The notes beneath the pieces are model-generated. The model saw only the letters and a program-made list of their open reading frames with translations, made no database searches and was not told the DNA's origin. From positions 3,584-67,583 of IMG/VR virus record IMGVR_UViG_3300009702_000785: a stretch of 64,000 nt of DNA; one strand, given 5' to 3'. The stretch's first letter is position 1. Every line of letters begins with the position of its first letter. Source of the stretch: a virus. The translations under genes were made by a program, and so were the position numbers. Shown here piece by piece: positions 44,949 through 54,575 of this stretch.

Positions 44949-45911
44949 ATGAACCGGCATTACGAAAACATTCATCGTTATGACTTCCTCACGAAAGAGC
45001 TTCTTGAGGAAGAATATGTCACCAATGGTCTGTCTGACGGGAAAATAGCCAAGAAATTTGGCATGCCCTCCAAAGCAGTCGTGTGGCGTAAGCGCAAGAA
45101 GTTTGGCATAGCGAATAGGTATGCAGCAAAATCGAACCGCCACGCTGCTACAAACCGTAAATTCAATATCACCCAAGATAAAGCTGTGAGTCTGCTTTCT
45201 GATGGTGCAACCTTCGAGGAAATAGCCCAGTATATGGGTTGTAGCATAATGGTTGCGAAGCGTCGTTTCAAAGAGATGGGGCTTACCAATTTGCAAGAGC
45301 ATTCTGAGAAATACAAGTACTGGGGTGTAGAGTTGACTAACTCACAGAAGCAGATGATTATTGGCAGTCTTTTGGGAGATGGGACTATAGCCAAGCAGGG
45401 GGCATATTCTTGTTCTCATTCTATCAAACAGAAAGAGTATCACGAGCATAAACGCATAGCCCTGTCATCCATTCATTCGGGTAAATTTCAACATTCCGTT
45501 CATAAAGACCAGGGAGTGAATGGGGTACACCATGAGTCCTTGCATTTTACAACAGGATGCAACTCATTTTGTGCTGAATTGCGAAAAGTATACTATCCGA
45601 ATGGTGAGAAGATTTTCCCCTATGTTTATTTGATGAACAATATTACTGCCGAAGCACTTGCATATTGGTATATGGATGATGGAACAAATTCTTCTAACAA
45701 AACACGACTTTGTACCTACGGATATACAGTATTAGAACAGTTGCTTGTTAAGGATTTGTTATTGTAAAAATTTGGGGTTGTGTCACATATCCGTCCTCGC
45801 CCAGAGCGTGGCGATTATTTCCAATACATCTTCGTGAAAGATGCTCCTAAGCTTTTCGACCTTATTCGGTCACATATTGTGCCGAGCATGATGTACAAAC
45901 TGGTATATTGA
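44949..45911 (+). pseudogene. LAGLIDADG homing endonuclease with HTH repeats; premature TAA at 45765
   Basis: IIGSLLGDG and LAYWYMDDG. The frame continues after TAA with KFG...IVPSMMYKL to TGA at 45909. Confidence 0.82.
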
Positions 45912-46105
45912 AAGGAGAATGCGATGAAAACAAACATGGAGTTCTTAATACTTTAAGCTTTTTGACAATCAAGGCATCAATAATGCAAACAAGGAGATGA
46001 ATGGAATTTAGAGCAATTTGAAAATAAGACGCCCAGAATTGCTAGTGTGGTGGATGTCCTAAAATACATTCCGATCCAGACAAGTCGTTCACGGGGGATA
46101 AACCA

Positions 46106-46168
46106 TTTACTAACAAAAACTTACGAGAGTCCAAGTTTTATCTGGTTTCGTTACGATTTTTAGAGGTT
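46106..46168 (+). repeat. 63-bp direct repeat, copy 2
   Basis: AAAACTT...GAGA...AAGTTTT; ungapped alignment to copy 1. Confidence 0.8.
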
Positions 46169-46195
46169 TATGACGGCATAAAATTAAGATACCAA

Positions 46196-46726
46196 TTGGT
46201 TAGACAGAAATTCGGAGGATTTATCCCCGATTTAGACGAAAATTCACTTCAGGATTACAGACAGATACCAGAAGATGAGAAGATGATCGTGATGCTTAGA
46301 GTTGTTAGTTCTCAATTTGATGAGCCATCCCATGACTACGATCCTATTTGGGATTATGAACCAGACGAGGATGTAGATGCTGGTATTCGTAACGATATTG
46401 ACCAATATATTTCTAAATTAGAATCTGAACTATTACCGCAGTTGGGTCTCTTCAAAAAGATCGCCATCCATTTTACGGCATCTTTTGATGAACTTGGCAG
46501 GTACGTAGACGGGACTTATACTCAACCCGTAATTATGTTGAATCTGGCGCGTATTGTCGCAGCTTGTCGCGAATATAATCTCGACTGCCCATTAGGTGTT
46601 CAGACGACAATCTTGCATGAGTTGGGTCACGCTATTCAGGAAGCAACGGGCAAGCCGATGGATGAGGACACGGCTGAGCGCTTTGCAAAGGAGTATTACG
46701 AGACTGGAAGGATCGTCTTGCCGTGA
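46196..46726 (+). CDS. HExxH zinc metallopeptidase-like protein
   Basis: TILHELGHA...EDTAERFA; start uncertain. Confidence 0.65.
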   Translation: MVRQKFGGFIPDLDENSLQDYRQIPEDEKMIVMLRVVSSQFDEPSHDYDPIWDYEPDEDVDAGIRNDIDQYISKLESELLPQLGLFKKIAIHFTASFDELGRYVDGTYTQPVIMLNLARIVAACREYNLDCPLGVQTTILHELGHAIQEATGKPMDEDTAERFAKEYYETGRIVLP

Positions 46727-47775
46727 GTTGGTTACAGAAGATATCTCAAATACCTGCTGCCAGTCTACCTTTTCAATTGTGGTATCATGGCACAGATTCA
46801 ATAACTGCCTATCGGCTAATGGAAAATATGCTGGTAAAACCCAGAAGTGACACTGGTGAATCTTCTTACATGGGTAGTCTATCGTCTATTCCTACCAACG
46901 TTTATCTTACCCTCAATCCTGGCAAAGCAGCAAAACATGCGATAGAAAGAGCAGAGCAGCAAAAAACTCAACCTGTTATTCTTGTTATACGCCCAGAAAG
47001 TCTTGGAATGGTACATATAGATGAAGATATGGTTCACATGTTACTAAACGGTCATAGTTTCTTTGAGACTTCGGATTGGTATCCCTCTCCGCTACTGGAA
47101 AGGGAAATTTTCGATCTCGCTGCTGACTACTTTGGAATCAGTGATTTTGATACTGAACAAAGCATCAAAAAACAAGTTCTGGAGCATTTGCGGTATCAAC
47201 AAGAATATGGGAGTGGGGAAGATATCGATGATGAGTTTTTACAGGAAGAGGGGATTATACCTGATTCGGGAGGCTTGTTTGAATATGATCCTTCAATGCA
47301 TGCTGCTAAGGATATAGCTCGCACTTTGAATACTATACACCAAAAAGAGGCGATTACGAACTTCCAAAGTCTTGCTCATGAGGGCCAGGTTCAAGCATCG
47401 GAAATTTATATCATTCCTTGGAATATAGAAAGACAATTGGATGACGGTGTTACATGGGAAGATTCTCCGACCAGTATGAGAAGTTATGAGGATTTACATC
47501 AATTTGGAACAAAGATAAACCCGCAGCAATTGCTTATGCCGTTTATGTATGAAAAGAATGCCATATCTAATAACTGGTTGACGAAAATAGCTGTCTGGAT
47601 TTATACTTCGACAGATGGGACTAAAACGCCATGCAGACGGTCTCCGTCCTGCGATGCTACAGACAGATCGAGAAATTGGTTAATGAGATTTCCTGATGGT
47701 GACTTTTCAATCCCCAGAAGCAGATTATCCTGGGAAGACACATCTGTTCCTCGTGGGCAACTGTTGCTATTTTGA
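46723..47775 (+). CDS. Protein with an ADP-ribosyltransferase-like N-terminal domain
   Basis: LWYHGT...VYLT...A pattern; MSWLQK start. Confidence 0.55.
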   Translation: MSWLQKISQIPAASLPFQLWYHGTDSITAYRLMENMLVKPRSDTGESSYMGSLSSIPTNVYLTLNPGKAAKHAIERAEQQKTQPVILVIRPESLGMVHIDEDMVHMLLNGHSFFETSDWYPSPLLEREIFDLAADYFGISDFDTEQSIKKQVLEHLRYQQEYGSGEDIDDEFLQEEGIIPDSGGLFEYDPSMHAAKDIARTLNTIHQKEAITNFQSLAHEGQVQASEIYIIPWNIERQLDDGVTWEDSPTSMRSYEDLHQFGTKINPQQLLMPFMYEKNAISNNWLTKIAVWIYTSTDGTKTPCRRSPSCDATDRSRNWLMRFPDGDFSIPRSRLSWEDTSVPRGQLLLF

Positions 47776-47844
47776 TTTCCGTATAGGAATACACTATAGT
47801 AATATAGTATACGGATGTAGACGACGATAGGAGGTATAATCCAT

Positions 47845-48099
47845 ATGATTAAGTGGTTAATTAATTTGATGGAAAAGGAAGCAAGGCGATTCCGTCCTGA
47901 AGATGAAGTGCGCTATTTTACCCAGCCACGTAAGGGCAAAGGGCGAGGAATTGTCATGACCCCTTCTTTCCGGCCTGGGAAGGTGGTTGATTACGATAAC
48001 GTGCTCAGACGATATAAAGTTCGTGATTTTCAAAATGAGGATGAGGTGCTGGTTCATCCAAGAAACCTCATACCAAATATTGTGTCCAGAAATCCGTAA
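47845..48099 (+). CDS. Small SH3-like hypothetical protein
   Basis: 84 aa; GGAGG SD. Confidence 0.7.
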   Translation: MIKWLINLMEKEARRFRPEDEVRYFTQPRKGKGRGIVMTPSFRPGKVVDYDNVLRRYKVRDFQNEDEVLVHPRNLIPNIVSRNP

Positions 48100-48219
48100 T
48101 CTAAGCCTATGGCATCCCCTTCCATAGAAAATACTGAGATGACGGAAACCCCGGAGGTTCCGGTAGAGACTCCAGTACAAACGATGGTCGCACAGATAAA
48201 ATAATCAGGGGTACTAAAA

Positions 48220-48666
48220 GTGACAGATAGCCTTATTTGCGAGGAGATTGCTCGCAGGGCCGGGTTTGCTGTTTCGGTTGGTAATTGGATAACCCCAGAT
48301 GGCATACTAATCCTGGGTCATGATTACCAAAGCCATCACTGGGAAACATTATTACGATATTGGGGTGAGTCTGTTCATCAAAAAATATGCAAGGATTGTG
48401 ACGATCACTTGCAATGCATGAACATGGCTGTAGATAGAGGGTACATCCGTCTAGTGTTTCGAGCGGATGTTTTGTTTCAGGTGGGAGCCGAAAATATAGA
48501 TGACCTGTGGTCGGATTCTCCGAATTATCATATGATGATGGATATTCTGAAGTTACTTAATGATGTTGATGTGCACGTCTTTAGCAGCAATTTTTACGTT
48601 ATCGGCATAGCACAATATATCATTAAGAAGGAGATCGACAAGTTACAGATCAAGGAAAAGAAATGA
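48220..48666 (+). CDS. Hypothetical protein
   Basis: WITPDG...HWE...GYIRLV. Confidence 0.7.
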   Translation: MTDSLICEEIARRAGFAVSVGNWITPDGILILGHDYQSHHWETLLRYWGESVHQKICKDCDDHLQCMNMAVDRGYIRLVFRADVLFQVGAENIDDLWSDSPNYHMMMDILKLLNDVDVHVFSSNFYVIGIAQYIIKKEIDKLQIKEKK

Positions 48667-49370
48667 ATCTCTACCCTCACAACATACCATCTTCTCACAT
48701 GAATCAGCCGAGGGTCAAGACTGCCCTAACCATTCCGCAGCAGATGATTACGGAGCAAGTCAGTATTTACGAAGAAGCATTGCCGATTATCGAATGCAAG
48801 ATGAGAAATACCATCAGGCATGAAGCGAGGCATAGAGAAGATGAGGAGCAAGGAAGACCGGAGGGGATGAGTTTTGAGGAATGGTCAAGCGAAGGGCGTG
48901 TTGAACCAATTGCTGAAGGGGCTGAGACGGAGGATTGTGAAGCTTTGGAACCACCTAAAGTTTCCAATGTAATCTCTGTGTCCGTAGACGAAGTATTCCA
49001 GAGAGCAAAGAGCGAATCAGGTATTAACCCTTCATATCTCCAAGATGTCAAGGGAGCCATTCTGCCAGACGATATTTTGGGTCTGTATGGAATGCAGGAC
49101 AACCCAGAAACCGCTTCTAATGTTGGCATGGGGTGGGATGGATCACAGTATATTAATGTTGCAGCATTCTTCAAGCCGTGGGTAGCAGAGCAGGCAAAAC
49201 AGACTTTTCCTGCCAATGTTCAGGACGACGGAATAGAGACTGATCCTGATATATATAGGACTCCCAGTGGAGTAGTTCCGCATACACCGCATATACCGCC
49301 TGCTCCATCAGGGTATCCATCACAGGCAATGCCCACTTGGGATGCATCACCCGGAGTAACTGCACGATGA
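48663..49370 (+). CDS. Acidic hypothetical protein
   Basis: 235 aa, ATGA overlaps. Confidence 0.7.
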   Translation: MNLYPHNIPSSHMNQPRVKTALTIPQQMITEQVSIYEEALPIIECKMRNTIRHEARHREDEEQGRPEGMSFEEWSSEGRVEPIAEGAETEDCEALEPPKVSNVISVSVDEVFQRAKSESGINPSYLQDVKGAILPDDILGLYGMQDNPETASNVGMGWDGSQYINVAAFFKPWVAEQAKQTFPANVQDDGIETDPDIYRTPSGVVPHTPHIPPAPSGYPSQAMPTWDASPGVTAR

Positions 49371-49537
49371 AAGTAAGCGCACAGCAAATGGAAGAAGTTA
49401 AGAAGGTGGCTCAGACTATTGAACAGCGTCTTGAGAAACCATTGACCAAAGAAGATTTAGATGAGATGGATCGCAAGATTACCGAAGTCCTAGCTGAGCT
49501 AGGGCATTACAAACGATTCTTTAAGAGACTGTCATGA
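49367..49537 (+). CDS. Small hypothetical protein
   Basis: ATGA overlaps at both ends. Confidence 0.6.
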   Translation: MKVSAQQMEEVKKVAQTIEQRLEKPLTKEDLDEMDRKITEVLAELGHYKRFFKRLS

Positions 49538-50319
49538 GTTGGTTAGTCAAAGCATTTACGACTTGTCAAATGAAAGATGGAGAATATCTACTCCTGCTTG
49601 ACCCGGTCGGATTTTATGAGATGCGACATACCAAGATTATTCCTGAAGGCACAAGATTATCACAAACTCTGCCTCCGAGTGACACTTTTACTAACGATAT
49701 CGTTTTAGCCTCAGCCACATTGCCTTCATCACTTGTTGTTGATGGACGACTTGAGAGGGATGTTAAGTCTGTGATCGTACTTAAGATAGGCAGTTTACGA
49801 TCACCACATGAACTATACCAAAGATATGCTAGACTAGATGATACTCTGAAGAGAAATATGAAATCATTCAAAGATACCAGTCTATCTCAACAGTACATAG
49901 TCTCTCGTAACGATGAGCCAAAGCTTTATCGGATCACGGAATCTTTTAATGGCTCGGCAAATCTAGAGTGTTTTGGTTCTCTCAAAGATATTACTAAGCA
50001 GTCCAATGAGATGCGTCAGGCTCTTAATGAATTAGCTTCAAAGAAAACAGGGCGCAGCTATGAGGCGGCAGACCTACTACGTATAGAGAATATTTATACG
50101 TATATGAAAAACGATTTGTTACCTATTGATCCTGCTAAAATCGCATTCATACTGCGAAAAGCGGGCATCAAACCAGTATCCCACACTGAAGAAAAATGGT
50201 CAGAATGTTTCGCAGCCTTGAACGACGATGCAAAAGCAATGCGCGACGACATTAGGGCATTTCGTTCTATGAAATGGGTTCAAGAGTTTCTTAACCCCTA
50301 CAGCCGGATACTACTTTGA
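49534..50319 (+). CDS. Hypothetical protein (MSWLVK start)
   Basis: 261 aa. Confidence 0.7.
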   Translation: MSWLVKAFTTCQMKDGEYLLLLDPVGFYEMRHTKIIPEGTRLSQTLPPSDTFTNDIVLASATLPSSLVVDGRLERDVKSVIVLKIGSLRSPHELYQRYARLDDTLKRNMKSFKDTSLSQQYIVSRNDEPKLYRITESFNGSANLECFGSLKDITKQSNEMRQALNELASKKTGRSYEAADLLRIENIYTYMKNDLLPIDPAKIAFILRKAGIKPVSHTEEKWSECFAALNDDAKAMRDDIRAFRSMKWVQEFLNPYSRILL

Positions 50320-50365
50320 CGAAGGACTTGTCATTATTTTTGCCAAAGAAATACGTGGGCAAATA

Positions 50366-50773
50366 TTGATGATAAGTTTGTTCAAAATATATTGGGAAGA
50401 GTACTCAGCCAAAACCATCGAGGAACGGCGTGAGTATTTCGACGCCTTGTCTCCTCTTGCTAGAAAAGAGTTAATCCAATCTTTCTTTGAGGAGGGGTGG
50501 ATCGAAATCTTCATGCAAAATCTTCTTGACCACATCGTAGACCGCATCAAGCGGAAATACAAAATTGATCTCATTGATCTACGTATCAAAGCAGTCAAGT
50601 ATAAAAGAATATTTCTGATTGAGAAACCCGTCTGGGATGAAATTGAATCAGAACTGCATAAGTACGTAAACCATTGTAACTTAGATGTATATTTTGGAGG
50701 CTTGCTCGTTGAATCTTGGGGTCGCAAAAAGCAGTATTACAAGATTAGAGCACGCCATAATAAATGGAGGTAA
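50366..50773 (+). CDS. Hypothetical protein
   Basis: 135 aa. Confidence 0.65.
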   Translation: MMISLFKIYWEEYSAKTIEERREYFDALSPLARKELIQSFFEEGWIEIFMQNLLDHIVDRIKRKYKIDLIDLRIKAVKYKRIFLIEKPVWDEIESELHKYVNHCNLDVYFGGLLVESWGRKKQYYKIRARHNKWR

Positions 50774-50776
50774 TGA

Positions 50777-51454
50777 ATGCCAAAGGCGATTATATCGGTT
50801 ACCGCTAAAAATCCTGAGCAAAAGGACATGCTAAGGACAATAGCGAGCAATAATATTACATTCGTTAAGGGGGTCGCAGGGACAGGAAAGACTTATGTCT
50901 CGGTTGGATATGCACTTCAAGAACTACTGAAAGACAACTATGAGCATATGATTTTGAGCCGCCCTGTCGTAGAAGCCGGGGAGAAACTGGGATTTTTGCC
51001 GGGCGATCTAGAGGACAAAATCAACCCATATATGACCCCGATTTTCTACTCTATGGAGCAATTACTTGGGGATCACAAGGGGCTTTTGAAGAAATTGACC
51101 CTCAAAAACGGAGAACAGCCTAGGGTTCGTGTCCTTCCGTTGGCTTATATGAGAGGAGTGACATGCAATAATTCCGTAATCATATGTGACGAAATGCAGA
51201 ATTCCACTCCTGCACAGATGAGAATGGTTCTAACACGATTTGGTGAAGGATCAAAGATGATTGTCTGTGGCGATATTAAGCAGTCGGATATCAGTATGCA
51301 TAACGGATTGGAGGATGCTTTCGGATTATTATCAGATGTGAAGGGAGTCGGCTTTGTAACGCTCTCCAGGGCTGCTGTAGTACGACACCCTATAATAAGG
51401 CATATTGATGAGAAATATGAAAACCGTGAGAAAGCAATTAGACAGGAGACATAA
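50777..51454 (+). CDS. phoH: PhoH-family ATPase
   Basis: GVAGTGKT, RPVVEAGEKLGFLPGDL, LAYMRG, DEMQN, GDIKQSD. Confidence 0.95.
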   Translation: MPKAIISVTAKNPEQKDMLRTIASNNITFVKGVAGTGKTYVSVGYALQELLKDNYEHMILSRPVVEAGEKLGFLPGDLEDKINPYMTPIFYSMEQLLGDHKGLLKKLTLKNGEQPRVRVLPLAYMRGVTCNNSVIICDEMQNSTPAQMRMVLTRFGEGSKMIVCGDIKQSDISMHNGLEDAFGLLSDVKGVGFVTLSRAAVVRHPIIRHIDEKYENREKAIRQET

Positions 51455-53538
51455 TGTCAATCAAAGTAGCAATACAAGCAGCTAAGAAGAACCAAGATTC
51501 CTTACTGGATAAAACTAATGTAGTCTCGGTAGGGGTTGGGCTTAAGAACATGCTCAACAAAAAAGGAAAGGTCAAGAGACAAACCCCATGCGTGGTTGTA
51601 GGTGTTTCTAAGAAACTACCTGAAGTGGGTATTATGTCAGCCGATCTAGTTCCTCAAGATGTGGATGATGTACCAATATCAGTCCAAGAAATGGGGGTGA
51701 TTAGGGCACATGAAGTCGATACCACGGCCAAGCATCGACCAATTTTTCCTGGCATATCCATAGGGCATTACCAGATTACTGCCGGAACATTTGGATGTGT
51801 TGTTGTGAAGGACGGTCAAGAGATGGTCCTAAGTAATAATCACGTTCTGGCTGCGTGTTTTGATGACGAGACTGAGGTTCTTGTAGAAAACGGGTTTAAG
51901 AAATGGTCTGATATTTCTATGGATGATAAATTTGCCACCCTAAACACTACAAATGGGAAACTGGAATATCAAATTGCAGAAAAAATTCATAAGTATTATT
52001 ACAACGGCGACTTAATCCACTTCAAAGGTAAGAGCATAGATTGTGTGGTCACTCCAAATCATAGGATGTGGGCCAAAAGGACATATAAATCTGGATTGCC
52101 CGATCATTGTACTGAAAGAAGTTTTGATTTTATAACAGCAGGAGAAATATCGGCTGCAATGAAGTTAAAAAAATCACTTTCGTTTGAATTTACTGACAAA
52201 GCAAAATGGAATTGTCTCACATTAGATGCAGTGACAATACCAAAGGTTGCATATGATAAAGGACGAGATAGAAATATAGGTTCTTTTGATGCGAACAAGT
52301 GGTTCGAGTTTTTAGGGTGGTATTTAGCTGATGGATCATATACTCGAAATAAGTCAAATGGTGCCTATATCATAAGTATTCGTTCAACTAAAACGGAGAA
52401 TATCAACTACTTATCTTCTCTCTTATCTGATTTGGGTCTGACCCCTCAAATTTTGAAATGTGGTGCAGTGCAGGTTAACTCAAAACAACTCTTTTTATAT
52501 CTGAAACAAATAGGCAGATCAGGTACAAAACATATTCCTAGTGATGTCAAGCAACTTCACCCAGACAACTTACAAAAACTGCTTGATGGATATATTAGGG
52601 GAGATGGTTTTTCTACTCAGGCTAACCAAATTGGAGCTGTGTCTAAATCCAAACAACTATCTGATGACATGCAGGAGATAATGTTCAAATTGGGAATGAG
52701 TGTTCGTCAAAGCACTATTTATGGCAGTCCATATAATCCAGATGGTATCTATTATCGAGTGGATTCTCGTAAACGCAGTAGCCTTAGACTCCAGTCATCT
52801 CCCGAGACAATACCATATTCGGGATACGTATACTGTGCGACAGTTCCTAATGGCACTTTGTTAACACGAAGAAATGGATATTTAATTTGGAGTGGTAACT
52901 CTAATGATGCGTCAGTCGGAGATGCAATCTACCAGCCTGGAACATATGATGGCGGTAGCTCGGCGGACCAAATCGGCACGTTGTACGATTTTGTACCCAT
53001 CACTATGTCAGGCGCAGGCGGAGGTGGAGGTGATCCGCCAGCCCCGCCAGCCCCGCCGACTTGTGGTATTGCCAAGAAAGCTGCCGGGGCAGCCAACTTG
53101 GTTGCTAAAGGCTTAGGCAGGAAGCACAGGCTAATGGCCTACAATTCTCAGGCATCGCCCAACTACTTTGATGCTGCTTTGGCCACTATGAACGTAGAGT
53201 ATAAAAGAGATATCCCACACATCGGAGTCCCATCTGCTGTAGGGACGCCAACGCTGGGTATGGATGTGCAGAAATTTGGGCGCACGACCCTGTATACGAC
53301 AGGTGTAATCAACCAAATCAGTGTAACCGTCAACGTAAGCTACGGTGGTTCCAAGATTGCTCGTTTCGAGGATCAGTTGGTCATGGGTCCAATGAGTGCC
53401 GGTGGAGACTCTGGATCGACGGTCTACGATATGGATGGAAATCTGGTTGCACTGCTATTTGCTGGTTCAGACCAGACAACCATTTGTAGCCCGATTTCTA
53501 GAGTGTTTGAAGCTTTGAACATCAAATTGCCTACGTAA
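51454..53538 (+). CDS. Trypsin-like (S1) serine protease containing an intein
   Basis: GTFGCVV, LSNNHVL (His), YFDAAL (Asp), GGDSGS (Ser). Confidence 0.88.
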   Translation: MSIKVAIQAAKKNQDSLLDKTNVVSVGVGLKNMLNKKGKVKRQTPCVVVGVSKKLPEVGIMSADLVPQDVDDVPISVQEMGVIRAHEVDTTAKHRPIFPGISIGHYQITAGTFGCVVVKDGQEMVLSNNHVLAACFDDETEVLVENGFKKWSDISMDDKFATLNTTNGKLEYQIAEKIHKYYYNGDLIHFKGKSIDCVVTPNHRMWAKRTYKSGLPDHCTERSFDFITAGEISAAMKLKKSLSFEFTDKAKWNCLTLDAVTIPKVAYDKGRDRNIGSFDANKWFEFLGWYLADGSYTRNKSNGAYIISIRSTKTENINYLSSLLSDLGLTPQILKCGAVQVNSKQLFLYLKQIGRSGTKHIPSDVKQLHPDNLQKLLDGYIRGDGFSTQANQIGAVSKSKQLSDDMQEIMFKLGMSVRQSTIYGSPYNPDGIYYRVDSRKRSSLRLQSSPETIPYSGYVYCATVPNGTLLTRRNGYLIWSGNSNDASVGDAIYQPGTYDGGSSADQIGTLYDFVPITMSGAGGGGGDPPAPPAPPTCGIAKKAAGAANLVAKGLGRKHRLMAYNSQASPNYFDAALATMNVEYKRDIPHIGVPSAVGTPTLGMDVQKFGRTTLYTTGVINQISVTVNVSYGGSKIARFEDQLVMGPMSAGGDSGSTVYDMDGNLVALLFAGSDQTTICSPISRVFEALNIKLPT
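51856..52899 (+). mobile_element. Intein with LAGLIDADG endonuclease (348 aa)
   Basis: Begins CFDDETEVL, ends VYCATVPNGTLLTRRNG.LIWSGN|S; FLGWYLADG and LLDGYIRGDG. Confidence 0.92.
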
Positions 53539-53554
53539 ATGGTATAATAGAACC

Positions 53555-53785
53555 ATGAGCGTTGGAAAGATTAAAATCGAAGGAACAGCCCAGTTCTCGG
53601 CTCCCTCGATAAGTTGTATTTGTGAAAAATGTGGCGAACCGAGTGACGAAAACTCTACAATAGTGTTCGATTTCAAGCAGAAGAAAATCATTTATCTATG
53701 CAGTACACCTAAGTGTAAGAAAATGAACGAGATAAGCATGAATGCGGAGCCGATTCCTTACCCTAGAGCGAGATTTGGCAGATAA
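53555..53785 (+). CDS. Small zinc-finger protein
   Basis: CEKC...CSTPKC. Confidence 0.7.
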   Translation: MSVGKIKIEGTAQFSAPSISCICEKCGEPSDENSTIVFDFKQKKIIYLCSTPKCKKMNEISMNAEPIPYPRARFGR

Positions 53786-53819
53786 TGTATGCTGGATATA
53801 AATTTCCGGGGGTACAACT

Positions 53820-54413
53820 GTGTACGTAGTACACAACGTCACAAACAGAACGGTGATGCTGTCTGATCTGCGAGCCGAAATCAAACCAAGGGGTCTCTTG
53901 GATTTGGAGCGGGTGGCGAATCGTATATCTATCGAAGGCAGCAAAGACCTGCAAGCAGCTTTGCGGGCCAAGATATTACATCTAGGCAGGCATAGTATTA
54001 TACGATCAAAACAGGATGCCACAACTATACACACTGAGTCTACAGTCAAAGTGGTGGAGAAAGAGAGGGACTTGGACGAAGATAAGCTCGCTCAAATGAT
54101 ACGAACGGCACTAAAAGAAAATGAAACACCTGTTTCTGAAGTGGATGTACAATCTCAAGTAAAGGAAGCCGTCAAAGAAGGAGTCGATGGTTTATTATCA
54201 TCGATCCGAGATCAACTCAACTCAATTCAACCCGTCATCCAATCTCAACCTCAAGATCGAAGTGATGACTTGGCGATTGATCCAGAGAAATTTGCGGAGA
54301 TTTCTCAGAATGCCGTAGAGAAAATTTCCCAGGAAATTGAAACAGGCAGAACCAAGTTGGGAAAAAAGTACAAGATCAACAGGAATCTGCGAGATTTAGC
54401 TGATGATTTGTAA
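53820..54413 (+). CDS. Hypothetical protein
   Basis: 197 aa; N-terminal domain resembles that of 38820. Confidence 0.7.
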   Translation: MYVVHNVTNRTVMLSDLRAEIKPRGLLDLERVANRISIEGSKDLQAALRAKILHLGRHSIIRSKQDATTIHTESTVKVVEKERDLDEDKLAQMIRTALKENETPVSEVDVQSQVKEAVKEGVDGLLSSIRDQLNSIQPVIQSQPQDRSDDLAIDPEKFAEISQNAVEKISQEIETGRTKLGKKYKINRNLRDLADDL

Positions 54414-54575
54414 CAAGGAGAATGTAATGAAAAGAACATTCAGAACGTTTAAGCATTAGGTGATAAGCATCTGAAGATATCTGCGATAGAATTTTGTAAA
54501 CAAGATGTTCTTGTTGACAAAGTTGATATTAATCCGATGGACTTTTATTTTTGATCTTGAATTGGAGGTTTAGTT

